DNA from: Eledone cirrhosa
Lineage: Eukaryota
Length of the DNA: 64,000 nt
NCBI GenBank assembly: GCA_964016885.1
Contig: OZ024741.1
Location: 96,534,001 to 96,598,000, forward strand
Reading direction: 5' to 3'
In this document: piece by piece, positions 39,586 through 52,793 of the stretch
Numbering within the stretch: the first letter of the stretch is position 1
How the letters are laid out: the number at the start of each line of letters is the position of its first letter
Translations under genes and position numbers: made by a program
Notes under the pieces: model-generated
The model's input: the letters and a program-made list of their open reading frames with translations, nothing else
What the model was told of the DNA's origin: nothing
The model's database searches: none

Positions 39586-39956
39586 ACACCCACATATATA
39601 TATATATATATATATTTGCTAGCATGGGCGTGCATCTGTGCGCTTATGTTAGTTGATATATTAAATTATCTATATTTATCTCCAAATCACTGATTTGTCG
39701 AGCAAACTTGCCAAAACCACTTCTAAAAAAACTTTTTGGGGTGTTAGTAGGCGTCAGTCATCTTACCATCTCATTCCTTCTAACTAGCCTCTGTGTCACG
39801 TGATTGATTCTTTAGAATCGGCCCTTTGACCTGAAGCAGTGAGAATTTCGGTACATAGAATCCAGTCCTCGCCAGCTGTTCGATCTACCGAATTATTATT
39901 ATTTTTATATGAGCCGCCAGTGTCCGCGCATTGCCTGGAGACTTAACTGAGAATAG

Positions 39957-40038
39957 ACTCCCTGATGACGCAATGAATTCTCGACAGTTGGATTACGTAA
40001 CTGTCTTTATCCCATTGCAGAAACTAATTAGTTGGAGT
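39957..40038 (+). ncRNA. Type I hammerhead ribozyme, copy 1
   Basis: actcc-CTGATGA-cgcaatg..gacagtt/aactgtc..cattgca-GAAA-ctaattag-TT-ggagt. Confidence 0.85.
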
Positions 40039-40514
40039 GAAAATTTAAGTAAGTAAATAAAAAAATTTTTAAAAATCTTTTTGAAAATATATTTTCTTAT
40101 TTTACGTCTTTTATATTATTGTTCTGCATTCTCCTGCATTGAACCACCTAGATACTATGACATAACCTGTGTATTTGCTAGCATGGGCGTGCATCTGTGC
40201 GCTTATGTTAGTTGATATATTAAATTATCTATATTTATCTCCAAATCACTGATTTGTCGAGCAAACTTGCCAAAACCACTTCTAAAAAAATTTTTTGGGT
40301 GTTAGTAGGCGTCAGTCATCTTACCATCCCATTCCTTCTAACTAGCCTCTGTGTCACGTGATTGATTCTTTAGAATCGGCCATTTGACCTGAAGCAGTGA
40401 GAATTTCGGTACATAGAATCCAGTCCTCGCCAGCTGTTCGATCTACCGAATTATTATTATTTTTATATGAGCTGCCAGTGTCCGCGCATTGCCTGGAGAC
40501 TTAACTGAGAATAG

Positions 40515-40596
40515 ACTCCCTGATGACGCAATGAATTCTCGACAGTTGGATTACGTAACTGTCTTTATCCCATTGCAGAAACTAATTAGTTGGAGT
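40515..40596 (+). ncRNA. Type I hammerhead ribozyme, copy 2
   Basis: Identical to 39957-40038. Confidence 0.85.
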
Positions 40597-40664
40597 GAAA
40601 ATTTAAGTAAGTAAATAAAAAATTTTTTAAAAATTTTTTTGAAAATATATTTTCTTATTTTACG

Positions 40665-40726
<62 letters not shown>

Positions 40727-40727
<1 letters not shown>

Positions 40728-40925
40728 GAGACACTCCGTCGGTTTCGACGACGATTATTCAAATTGATCTGATCAACGGAAGAGCCTGCTCGTGAAATTA
40801 ACGTGCAAGTGGCTGATATTCCACAGACATGTGTACCCTTAACCTGGTTCTCTGTGAGATTCAGCATGACACCAAACGTGACAAGTCTGACCCTTCGAAT
40901 TACAGGTACAACTCCTTTTTGCCAG
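40727..40925. mobile_element. SINE family 2
   Basis: ccgtcggtt..gatcaacggaa..gcctgctcgtgaaattaacgtgcaagtggctga, also at 60370 and 61335. Confidence 0.7.
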
Positions 40926-41751
40926 CTGTGTGTGTGTGTGTGTGTATGTGTGTTTGTGTGTGTGTGTCTGTGTGTTGTCTATGTGAGTGTGTGTGTATGT
41001 GTGTGTGTTGTCTATGTGTGTGTGTGTATGCGTATGTGTTGTCTATGTGTGTGTGTCAGCGTCTGTGTCTATGTATAATCATGCACACATATCTCTTGAA
41101 ATATTATTTTCCTTTGACTAGCAGATATCTAATTGCTTTACTGAAGTAAAATAATTTACAGTAATTTACAGATTTTAATTGACGCCATATAGCGATCACG
41201 GCTATTTTATTTGTTCAGTCACTGAAGATCGCTTTAATATTGCAATATTACTGAATTATTTTATGTTAGTAAGTAAAAATTAGAGAAGATAGTAAAAAAA
41301 GTTGAACTGCTGAATTATATGTTTACAGTATATTGGAAATTTCTCTCTGTTGAGGAAGATAAAAACTCTTTTTAATCAAGCGTATTCTTAATGAGTTTAT
41401 TTCAGAAAGCAATGTTGCACCCATATAACATCAGACACTCTCATTATAAAGTCAAAGAAAAGGTGTCCAAAACTGCATGAATTGATTCTAGTGGTTTATT
41501 GACATTAGTTGCGCACATTCCCATATATTAACCAGCCAACATTCCCAAGTGGAATAGGAGCTTAGTCAATGCGGAGGAATATGTGATATCGGCAAAAAAC
41601 ATCGGAACACCAACTGTATTTCAGCAAAATGGACATTTATTAGTCATAGTTCTCCATTTAATATCAACTGCATTGTATATATCATACATGGATTTTCAAA
41701 TAAAATAAAATCTATCAATATTTAGAGGTGGATTTAAGTGAGTAACAATAT

Positions 41752-42402
41752 CCCATATGACCGCGTTCCTCGGGACATGCTGTGGAAGTTTCTGCTGGAC
41801 TATGGGGTCGATGGCCAGTTTCTTGCAGTCCTGATGTCTCTATACATGTGCCCGAATATTTGAGTTCGATTAAATGGTGCTAAATTAATACCATTCAATA
41901 TGGGAGTGAGACTCCACCAAGGATGGAATTGGTATCAAGACAGGCAGATGTGAAACTACTTGGCTGGAATTTGCAGACGGCATGGTGTTAATTAACGCGG
42001 TAGAAGGTTATCTCCAACTCGCACTTTATAGGTTTGGTGCCGAGTGCTGCATGGTTGGAACGAAAATCAGTGCTGCAAAAGCTGAGACACTCGTCGACTC
42101 AAGGAAGCCTGCGCATGTGCATGTGAATCAGGTAGAGAATTTCAAGTAAGTCGGACCTGTGTTCATGACTGATGGAAAGCAGGAGGCTGAAAGAAGTGAA
42201 AGAATTGCAGGAGCTGGTGCAGTAATCGGCCAGCTTTAACATTCGTTAATCATAAGAAGGGAGGTGTAAAAGCCAAACTCGCTAACTTCAATTCCGTATT
42301 CGTGCCAACCCTTGGGTAATGCCTGAAAGAAGACGATCGTGAATACAAGCGGCCGAAATGGGGTTCCTTCGAAGAGTCTTTCGAGTAATGTTACTCGAGC
42401 GG
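41752..42402 (+). mobile_element. RTE LINE RT fragment, same family as 14760
   Basis: YDRVPRDMLWKFLLDYGVDGQ; LEFADGMV; IQAAEMGFLRRV. Followed by (GAA)n 42403-42538. Confidence 0.82.
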
Positions 42403-44019
42403 CGAAGAAGAAGAAGAAGAAGAAGAAGAAGAAGAAGAAGAAGAAGAAGAAGAAGAAGAAGAAGAAGAAGAAGAAGAAGAAGAAGAAGAAGAAGAAGAAG
42501 AAGAAGAAGAAGAAGAAGAAGAAGAAGAAGAAGAAGAAAATAACTACTAAAATGTTTTCCTTAATATTATATTAAAATACAAATTTACCGCAATTATTTA
42601 CTTTGAATATATCTGTTACAAGAAAGAGATAACATAAACAATTAGAAAGAACAATAGATAGAAATTGACAGGTTATTGTAGTCACTGGCCTACGATCAGC
42701 AGGGTCCGAGCCACAGGCTAGAGGACAACATTGCTACTTTTCATTTGACACAGCTTGTAAATATATATTGGGTTATAGAAAAATACAGATATACACGTTC
42801 AATGTTCTATCTTAATACAATGGCTGCATGGTCACTACTTAATAGCGAAACTCACTGTTGCTTATACACAATTTGGTAAATGAATAACAGACAAGAAATC
42901 AATCCACAGTTGTATAAATGGCATGTTTGCATAGCTACGGCTTCCTAAAACAGTGTTTCTTTAGAAATACGAAATCCCTATACATTTTTGTTTAAAGCTA
43001 TGCTTGAAGCGAAATCTTATTTCTTTTTTATTATAAGTTGAGCCAACTTATGCAGCTTCATATGCAAATAAGATTAATCACCTCATTTACACAGACGAGA
43101 AAACTATATATTCTCGACTGTTTTCAAGTCCAGCAATAAGAATCTTGCCTCGATTTGGTCGCCAGAGAAACGATCGTAATATGTCTAATAAATTTTATTC
43201 GTCATAACACTGATTCTCCGTTTCTTACATGATATATATATATATATAGTGGTGGAACGCTGGAAGGTAATATCCGTAGTGGTAGAGCACTCAGTCCATG
43301 GGACGAGTTAGGTAGAAGTGGTTACACAACAGTTAGTTCACCATACCGAGAACAATTGTTTCACCTTAGCAGATCCTTAGCTTGGAATGGGCATGGTTAT
43401 AGGAACAGGAAGGACAACCGTACGAACGCGCATGCCCGGTCACTTCACACAGGCAATACCTGACTGCGTGCGAGAGGTGTAAGGGAGATAACTGCGAAAA
43501 TCCGAAAAGTGTTTAGGTTGAAAATAAAATTACAAATAATCAGTCCGGAGCCTTGTAGTTATGTAATAGGTGTTTGGCGACGTGTGGACAACGTGTGAAA
43601 AATTCAATTCTCGTGTTTAGGCAATCACTATTGCGTAATCTCTTTAGAATAGTTATTCGTTCGTCAATACTTAAGCCCCACGTCGAATTTCCCCTTGCGT
43701 ATGACTTGGAATTAGTGATGGCTTTCCATTGAACGGGGTAGTCTATACTTGAGTCCTTGAGGGACCATACGTGGCTCGCGAGTTTCGTGGATGAACGTCT
43801 GTCCGGGTACCTGAAGGTAGACTAGTGGTTCAGGAAACGTTCCTTAAATCGGCCCTCCGCAATGCCAACATAGGATTTGACTTGCTGTAGTTCGTTTTGT
43901 CGGTTGGAAGTGACCACAGCTTCATAAATTACAGCTGGTGTGTTGCATTGCTGTTGAAGGGGGCAAGCTTCAGGCTTACGGCAAGAGCACTCTGGTGGGT
44001 GTTGCTCCTTAGAAACTTC

Positions 44020-44830
44020 GTTAAGAATATCAGTACTAGAATCTCAAACCTCTCCTCTAATAAGGCTAGCTTTGACAGGGCGGCACCTTACTATAACACG
44101 GCGTTGGCTAACAGCGGCTTCTAACAACCTATCACTTACTCTCCCACTAGCAACAACGCCATTAGGAAAAGTAAGCGCAACAATAGACAAACTATCTTGT
44201 TCTCTCCTCCCTTCTCACTCAACGTTAAAACCAATGTAGGAAACTAATTTCTAGCCCTCTTAGATAGACACTTTCCAATATGTCATAAATACCGATCCAT
44301 CTTTAACCGACACAAAGTTAAACTAGGATACTCCTGCGCTAAGAACATGAAGGCCCAAATCACCAGCTGTCCTAGGAGAAACACCCACCAGGGTGCTCAT
44401 GCCGTAATCCTTACGCTTTCCCCCTTCAACAGCAATGCAACACACCAGCTGTAATTTATGAAGCTGTGGTCACTTCCAACCGACCAAACGAACAACAGGA
44501 GGTCAAATCCTATGTGTGCATGGCGGAGGGCCAATTTAAGGAACGTTTCCTGAACCACCAGTCTACCTTCAGGTACCCGGACAGACGTTCATCCACGAAA
44601 CTCGCGAGCCACGTATGGTCCCTCAAGGACTCAAGTATAGACTACTCCATTCAATGGAAAGTCATCACTAAGTCCAAGCCATACACAAGGGGGAGTCCGA
44701 CGTGTGGATTATGTATTGACGAACGAATAACTATTCTAAAGAGATTACGCAATAGTGATTGCCTAAACACGAGGAAGGAATTTTTCACACGTTGTCCACA
44801 TGTCGCCAAAGACATATTGCACAAGAGCCA
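44020..44830 (+). pseudogene. PLE ORF C-terminus: RT thumb, linker and GIY-YIG endonuclease
   Basis: VIYEA..SYV..FKERFLNHQSTF..LASHVWSLKD..IQWKVI..CGLCIDE. Stops and frameshifts upstream. Confidence 0.85.
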
Positions 44831-45012
44831 AGACTCCGGACTGATTCTTTGTAGTTTTATTTTCAACATAAAAACTTTTCGGACTTTCGCAGTTATCTCC
44901 CTTACACCTCTCGCACGCAATCTAGTATTGCCTGTGTGAAGTGACCGGGTTTCTGCGCATGCGCGTTCGTACGGTTTTCCTTCCTGTTCCTATAACCATG
45001 CCCATTTATTTC

Positions 45013-45048
45013 GAGCTGAGGATCCGCTAAGGTGAAACAATTGTTCTC
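45013..45048 (+). ncRNA. Minimal type I hammerhead in the PLE pseudo-LTR
   Basis: gag-CTGAGGA-tcc gctaa ggt-GAAA-caattg-TT-ctc. The mirror copy at 43348-43383 has the core mutated to CTAAGGA. Confidence 0.8.
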
Positions 45049-45081
45049 TGTATGGTGAACTAACTGTTGTGTAACTACTTC

Positions 45082-45139
<58 letters not shown>

Positions 45140-45140
<1 letters not shown>

Positions 45141-46030
45141 GAGGTGTGTCAGAAAAGTTCCAGGACTGATGTCACAAAAGATTTGTTTCAAACCCAAACT
45201 TCACACTAAGAGTTTCCTCCTTCAAAGTAATCCCCCTGGAGTATGTAATCTTAGCTCTCTGCGGCGATCAAACTTTTTTATTCATAATTTTATATACATG
45301 TCTTCTTTTTCAGGTCGTCAAGCAATGAGCACAGAGCAACGAACAAACTTGAAAACTCCGTCAGAAGCACTGGGATTGCTGCAGCAAGTGTATTGAGGTG
45401 AGACAATGTCACGCTCACGTGTTTTTGAGTGTTGCAAGAGGTTTAAAGAAGGACGCGAGGACGTGGATGATGAGCCCAGGAGCGGAAGGCCCTCAACAAG
45501 CAGGAGTGAGGTCAACATTGAGCGCGTCAAGCAGATGGTGCGTAGCGATCGTCGGCTGATTGTTCGAATGATGGCAAATGAGCTGGGCATGAGTCGGGAC
45601 AGCGTATGGAAGATTCTCACTGAAGATTTGGACATGCAAAAAGTCTGCACGAAGATGGTGCCAAAACTGCTGAACGATGACCAGAAGGGTCGACGCATGC
45701 AAGTGTGCCAGGACATCCTCGAACGAACATGAAACCGAACCAGACATGCTAGGGACAGTCATCACCGGTGGGGAGTCATGGATCTTTGAATACGACCCGG
45801 AGTGGACCCGTTTTGAAGACGTGGACGACATCAAAAAGGCCGTGACAGCGGAACTGCGGAGGATCCCGGAAGAATCCACCCAGGAGTGCATGCAATCGTG
45901 GCAGAAAAGGATGGAAAAGTAAATTAGACTCCAGAGGGATTACTTTGAAGGAGAAAACTCTTAGTGTGAAGTTTGGGTTTGAAATAAATCTTTTGTTACA
46001 TCAGTCCTGGAACTTTTCTGACCCACCTCG
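45140..46030 (+). mobile_element. Mariner transposon, internally deleted, about 103-bp TIRs, TA target
   Basis: TIRs 45140-45242 and 45928-46030. HTH region DDEPRSGRPST, MVPKLL, ITGGESWIFEYDPE joined directly to RFEDVDDIK, then GDYFEG. Confidence 0.92.
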
Positions 46031-46061
<31 letters not shown>

Positions 46062-46149
46062 CTTTTAACTTACTCTTTATGTAATGTAACTGGTACGTTT
46101 TAACTTCACTGTATTATATGAGTAAAAACGTCGTGGGTGATAAAAAAAA

Positions 46150-46373
46150 CTTCTTCTTTTCTTCTTCTTCTTCTTCTTCTTCTTCTTCTTCTTCTTCTTC
46201 TTCTTCTTCTTCTTCTTTCCCATAATTGTCCTCCTCCTCCGCCCCATCCTCCCCCTCCTCCTCCTCCTCCTCCTCCTCATCATCATCATCGCCACCACCA
46301 CCACCACCACCACCACCACCACCACCACCACCACCACCATCATCATCATAACCATCATCACCACCATCACCAC

Positions 46374-46408
<35 letters not shown>

Positions 46409-46412
46409 CCAT
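46150..46412. repeat. Compound (TTC)(CCT)(CCA)(CAT) microsatellite
   Basis: Direct. Confidence 0.95.
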
Positions 46413-46823
46413 CTGCAGTAGCAAGCGTTAACTGGTTGGAAGGCAACACCAGTCTACAGTAGTGACTTAGTTGTTATCTATTTAATGGAAATGATTAGCT
46501 CTTCAACAGTAATACCTAGCTCAACCACGACAGCACAAGTAGTTAATTTCGTATTAAAGCATCGCAGAGTGAAATCAATCGGAAAATAAAGATTGAACGG
46601 CATCTTTGTTAAAGTTGCTGATGACGCGTTTCATAAAACCACACACATACACAAATCCTCATACACACACACACATACACGAACCCACATACACACACAC
46701 ACACAATACACATATCCATATACACACATATCTACAAACAGGTATATACATACATACGCGCATACATAAATATGTGTGTGTGCGTGTGTACGTGCGTGTG
46801 TGAATGCATACAATTGTATATAA

Positions 46824-46904
<81 letters not shown>

Positions 46905-46959
46905 GCGTGTATATATTTATATATACGCACACACACACACACAAACACACACACACATA

Positions 46960-47021
<62 letters not shown>

Positions 47022-47228
47022 TATATATATATATATGCATACATACAAAATATACATATATCTAGAAAATTATCCTCATATCTGTATATGTCGATCTATC
47101 TGTTTATCTCTTGATACAAACACGCTAAAACACACGTAGTCCTTCTCCCACACACAGTCACTCTCACAATACCGCATAGATATACTTATTTAAATATATA
47201 TATATATATATAAATACATATACATATG

Positions 47229-47320
<92 letters not shown>

Positions 47321-48439
47321 CACATATATGTGTGTGTGTGTGTGTAACTATAAATTTATATATGTATATGTGTTTGTATACATATATATGCATATATTTA
47401 GAGAAATGTGTATGTATATATATATATATATATATAAGTACACATATATATACGTATTTATACAAGCACACACACACATACACACACATATACACACATA
47501 TATTTATAAGAATCCTAGTTGACATTCTTTGCTTTTCTTCCCTCCATCATCAAGATTTAATAGATTACGTTCTACATTAATGCATCTTTTATCAAAATTA
47601 TTTTTGCTATTTCATTAAAGAATAATTACGCCAAAGATGATTATTAGATATTTATATTGATAAAACACAAAGAGTTTGCTTCATCATTAAAGTTTTGTTA
47701 TATTGCTCTCCATAAGTAAAAAAAAAAGAAACAACAAACAAATTCACCTAAATTATACAACAAATATCCGTTATATACAAGATACGGGGCTAGCTTGTAA
47801 TAACAAAAATCATAAGCAAAACGTCTTAATTTCTATATTTTATTTAATGAATAAATTTGAAAGGACAATTTTATTTGAAAATTCATTTTCAAATATAATA
47901 TCTTTCTAACGTATCTCACTGAAATTTTAAAAAATATACAAAACTGAATGGTAGCTTTACTGCTGGAATTGTCAGCTGCAAAATAAAATTGGACCCTATG
48001 TGAAATGTTAACCAAATGTATCACTAAATGAAGATTTATAATATAGGGGTTGCATTTGTTTGGCATGTAATTTGATCTACGATCATGTCTTTAAACAGAA
48101 ACAACTGCTTTCTGTTAGGGTCATCAGAGTTATTTATGACCCCCGTCATATTCACCATTGTGTTATTTTGTACATTGAAGTGCCAATCGGTTGGGGCTAT
48201 ATCTGATACATGGTCACTGACATCAGTCTGGCTAATGAAATATTTTAAACTTGTTTTCTGGCAAAAATAACACCAATGTTAAAATCTTAGTATTAACATT
48301 TTTCTCAATGAAGCAAAGTTAACCTTTCGAAGAGCATCGAAAAAAGATCAACATTAAATACGTTACTTAATATATTAGCATTTAATATAGAAATGATTTC
48401 TACAGGATTGAAACTGTTTAATATAGAAACAATATCTAT

Positions 48440-48740
48440 TAGAAATAAATCATATGTATTAAGATCCCCTTCCGTGGCACACGCATCCAGAAAGGTTTTT
48501 TGTGAAAGATCAGCTGTCACTCATGCATATCACCGAATTTGTCCAAGAGAAAGACAAAGTCCGATGCAACTTGGCACCAGTGACATCACAACTCATTTCT
48601 ACAGCTGAGTGAACTGGAGCAACGTGAAATAATGTGCCTTGCTTAAGAATACAACGCATCACCCGGTCCGAAAATCGAACTCATAACCTGGCGGTTGTAA
48701 ATCTGATGCTGTAACTATTAAACCGCTTGCATTCACGTTC
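48440..48740 (-). mobile_element. tRNA-derived SINE
   Basis: Reverse complement of the 55405 family (actcatttctacag.tgagtgaactggagcaacgtgaaataa..aatcgaactc). Confidence 0.7.
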
Positions 48741-48829
48741 TTGGTACAGATGAATGAAAATGGCAAACATACAATGTATAGAAGTTGCGAACAGCAGAAG
48801 GGAAAATAGTACCATTGGTGATGAATGGT

Positions 48830-49125
48830 CCTCAATTAGACAGACTATGTGTTTTCTGACTATTTGTTTTCCTATCGTGGGCACGAGCCTGTGAAGGATG
48901 TTTTCTGGACGACTAGAAGTCGTCATGCATACCAGTCGCCATTTTTCATGCTGCCGATGTTGCCCAAGGGAAAGTCAATGGCTGATAAAACTTGGCACTA
49001 GTGCAACTAATTATTTCCATCTGTATATAAAATTTCTTGCTTGAAACCACAACCCGCAGCACGGTGGTGTAATCCAACTCACAACCCTATAATCTTAAGC
49101 CTAGGATCCTAACCACTAAGCCACT
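48830..49125 (-). mobile_element. tRNA-derived SINE, decayed
   Basis: cctaaccactaagcca is the reverse of A-box TGGCTTAGTGG; cccaagggaaag body. Confidence 0.6.
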
Positions 49126-49343
49126 ATATCTGCATCTCCCTGTCATATTCTTGACATATTTACATAAATTTTCACTGTAATTACATATGAGAGAAATTAA
49201 AAATCAAAGTATTATTCAAGGTGAAGGTCAAATGTGCGTCACACGCACATCCATTATTGTAGCTCTGTCTATTCCTCCACATCTTTCACTCACTCACTAT
49301 ATATATATATAAACATATGTCTATACACACACATATATGTTCG

Positions 49344-49521
<178 letters not shown>

Positions 49522-50844
49522 CATACATATATACATACATATATATATATATACATACATATATACATACATATATATATATATATTCATAAATACATGG
49601 GGACGAAAATATAAGCACTGACTCACTCATACATACTACATACACAAGCGCATGTGCATACACACATGCACTCAAACATGCACACATATATAAATTTTTG
49701 CACACGTATGTTCGCTCCTGCACACCCATCCATGCACACCGACACAAATCAGATTTCACAATATTGATATGTAGAAACTGTGCAGGAAGGCATGCGTGTT
49801 GCATATGAACCTAATTGCCGTCGGAAAACCCTGAAGAATTTCACTTAAACATCATGAACAAAAAGGCGCAGTTGATTGATAATTACAATATGTTCAGCGA
49901 AGCTACATTTCCCCTATGGCGTTCTTTAATGTCAGTCAACGGCATCAAATAAAATGCCCACGTCTTTACATCTCATCACATAATCTCGCATTCCTATGCA
50001 TTTTTCAAAAACCCTATTCCATCAATATCAAATACCCGTGTATTGGGTATGGGTGGTGCAATTATACTTCTGGTATGCCACGCTCTAACAGAATCAACAG
50101 TGTCAAAGTAACCAGTTCACTCCACACCACTCCAACACACCCCATGTATCGAAATGAGCTAACGAGGAGGCCTCCAACTGGTCAGTCGAAGTGCTAGAAA
50201 TAGTAACCTAATCACTTCAAAGCTTGCCCTACGCTACTATCATATAGTAGGATATGATGGATAATGTGGTCGTAGGCTTTAGAATACATAAACATTGAAT
50301 GGGATGGTCACTGTTGGAATGCCTTTCCGTATAAGTGAGCTCGATCAGGGCTGACCTAGGGTTAAACAAAAATAAAACTGAATCAAAGCAACAATATATC
50401 AGTATATTCTCATATTTACATCTCAACATGACATCCAACATCTGTATAACTTATAGATTTTCTAAGCCCCGCCACCCAGTAATTCCATCACATAGCCACT
50501 ACCCTGTTACCCACTATGCCATACAGAGTAACTAATAACCCATAACCCATACCCGCTTCTCTTCTTTTAGATCTTCCAGCCATTGATCAATTCGTGCTGG
50601 GAGAGAAAGATTAATAGAAAAAATAAACATAAAAATAAAATTATTACTTGTAATGTCTACCATAACATGGAATAGCAACCCAATAAGGTTACTTGCTTGC
50701 ACTCCTCTCCCTTACTCTTCTCTCTCTCGCTAACTCTCTCTCTCTCTCTCTTTCCCCTTCTTGCTCTCTTCCTCTCACCTCCTTTCTTCTCTCAATTTCA
50801 CATCCACTTTACATCAATCTAACCATCCTCTTTTTACTCTTTAA

Positions 50845-50951
<107 letters not shown>

Positions 50952-51327
50952 TATTTATTCATTTATTTATTTCTCTCCTTTCTCTCTCCCCGTCTCTCTC
51001 TATTATCCATCTACACACTACTTACCTCTTCTCCTCCCAGACCCTAATTTTTTCCTCTCTGTCCTATTCCTACCGATACGTTCGATGCACGCGTCTGGAA
51101 CCCTGTCTACAAATTACAATACCCCCGCCACGACAACCCCCACAACACCCGACACCAAGAACAAGAACGAAAGCAGCAGCAGCAACAACGGCAACCCATC
51201 ACCAACCTCACTGCTGTCACAATTTCACCACGACGATCATAAGCAACATTACCATTATCATCACGACGAACTCTATCACCACAATCATTGCTAGGTTCAC
51301 CACTAGCACCATCAAATTACAACCGCG

Positions 51328-51478
51328 GTGGATTGGCAGCATAGAGTTACGTCCCTTTACGGTCTGAGTTCAAATCCTGCCAAGGTTAACTTTGCCTTTC
51401 ATCCTTACGGGGTCGATAAAATAAAATACCAGTAATACACTAGTTTGGCTGGCCTTGTGCCAAAAGTGGAAATAATAT
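51328..51478 (+). mobile_element. SINE family 1
   Basis: gagttcaaatcc B-box plus ctttgcctttcatcc..gtcgataaaata. Confidence 0.8.
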
Positions 51479-52228
51479 TACAACCACTCCCACTATGACC
51501 AGCATTCCCACATTCACAGGAAACCTCAGAATGGCTGCCAGACATGCTAGAAGAAGCAGCTGCATCTCCACATATCACACGCTACAGTCTTTTTTTTAAG
51601 TGACACATTGTGAAGTACATGTCTTAGGTATACACTGTCTGAAGAACAAGACAAAAGTTTGATGTTGATACACGTATATTCTATCGACGCTGACCTGAGT
51701 TTAAACAGTAACATAGTTGCTTACTTTGCTAGAATTAACAGCCAAATGACCCTCATATCATATTCCATCGATTAAAAGAGATATCTCTTAAAAGTCGCGA
51801 TGATCACTGCTGGAATGCCTTTGATCATAGGTCCAATAAATCCCAAAAGCCGCGAAGTATTCGGGGTTGATGGTATGGTGCTAATCAACAAGAAAATAAA
51901 ATCTAGTAACAGCAAAAATACCATCGGAGCAATCAACGTCCCGACCATTATTTTCCAGTACAAACGTTATTACTCACCACCCAATACTACCCTCCCACCT
52001 CGACCACACCACCAGCACCACTACCACCTTTCACCACCAACACCAAAATCATCACCACCGCTACCATTACCCCCCCCCCCCCCCCCATCAAATCTATCAC
52101 CACCATAAACAAGACAAGCGGAAATAGTCGATAAGGGATGTGGGGACTTGCTGATTGAATCATTGCGTTAATATCTTTACTGGTCGAAATTACACTTAAC
52201 CCCCCCCCCCAAACATACACATATATTC

Positions 52229-52259
<31 letters not shown>

Positions 52260-52264
52260 TGTAT

Positions 52265-52660
52265 CACCGGGAGAGATGACCCTTAGCCTTTGTCAAGGCA
52301 GAATTCTGATATAACACCTGCAACCCTGATGGTATCCAATGATGTTGACTTGTTCTTCTTTTTGGTAAATATCATCTTGGTTAAGAGAGTGGGACTGGCT
52401 TTGTGCAGTGCCTTTGCTCACTATAAAAGCTTCAGGCACAGGCATTGCTTTATATCTGGAGATCTCTCTGCACTTGTCGTCACATGGTACCATGGGCCCA
52501 GCACTTTGTGTCAATAATTGTCACAAATGTAGTGTTTGTACCAGAGTTTTCAAGTCGCTGGCTGGACTAAAAAGTCACACTCGTCAGCGCATCGGTAGGG
52601 GTTCTCCTACATGGATATAAAGTAGTGGCCGTACTCGAAAACGAGTTGGCAGCCACCATG
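52265..52660 (+). mobile_element. Short RTE-derived element flanked by (TATG)n
   Basis: [19 protein letters not shown] zinc-finger-like RTE C-terminus. (TATG)n on both sides. Confidence 0.55.
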
Positions 52661-52700
52661 TATGTATGTATATATATATATGAATATATATATATATGTA

Positions 52701-52793
<93 letters not shown>

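Larger units (their letters stand above)
39613..40672 (+). mobile_element. Tandem 558/559-bp non-coding unit (1.9 copies), retrozyme-like
   Basis: tatttgctagcatgggcgtgc at 39613 and 40172. Copies differ at few positions, flanked by (TA)n, no long ORF, hammerhead in each copy. Confidence 0.8.
43313..45083 (+). mobile_element. 5'-truncated Penelope-like element with inverted pseudo-LTR
   Basis: 43313-44012 is the reverse complement of 44371-45083. Central plus-strand linker FSPPFSLNVKTNVGKLF..IFNRHKVKLGYSC, followed by GIY-YIG. Confidence 0.9.
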
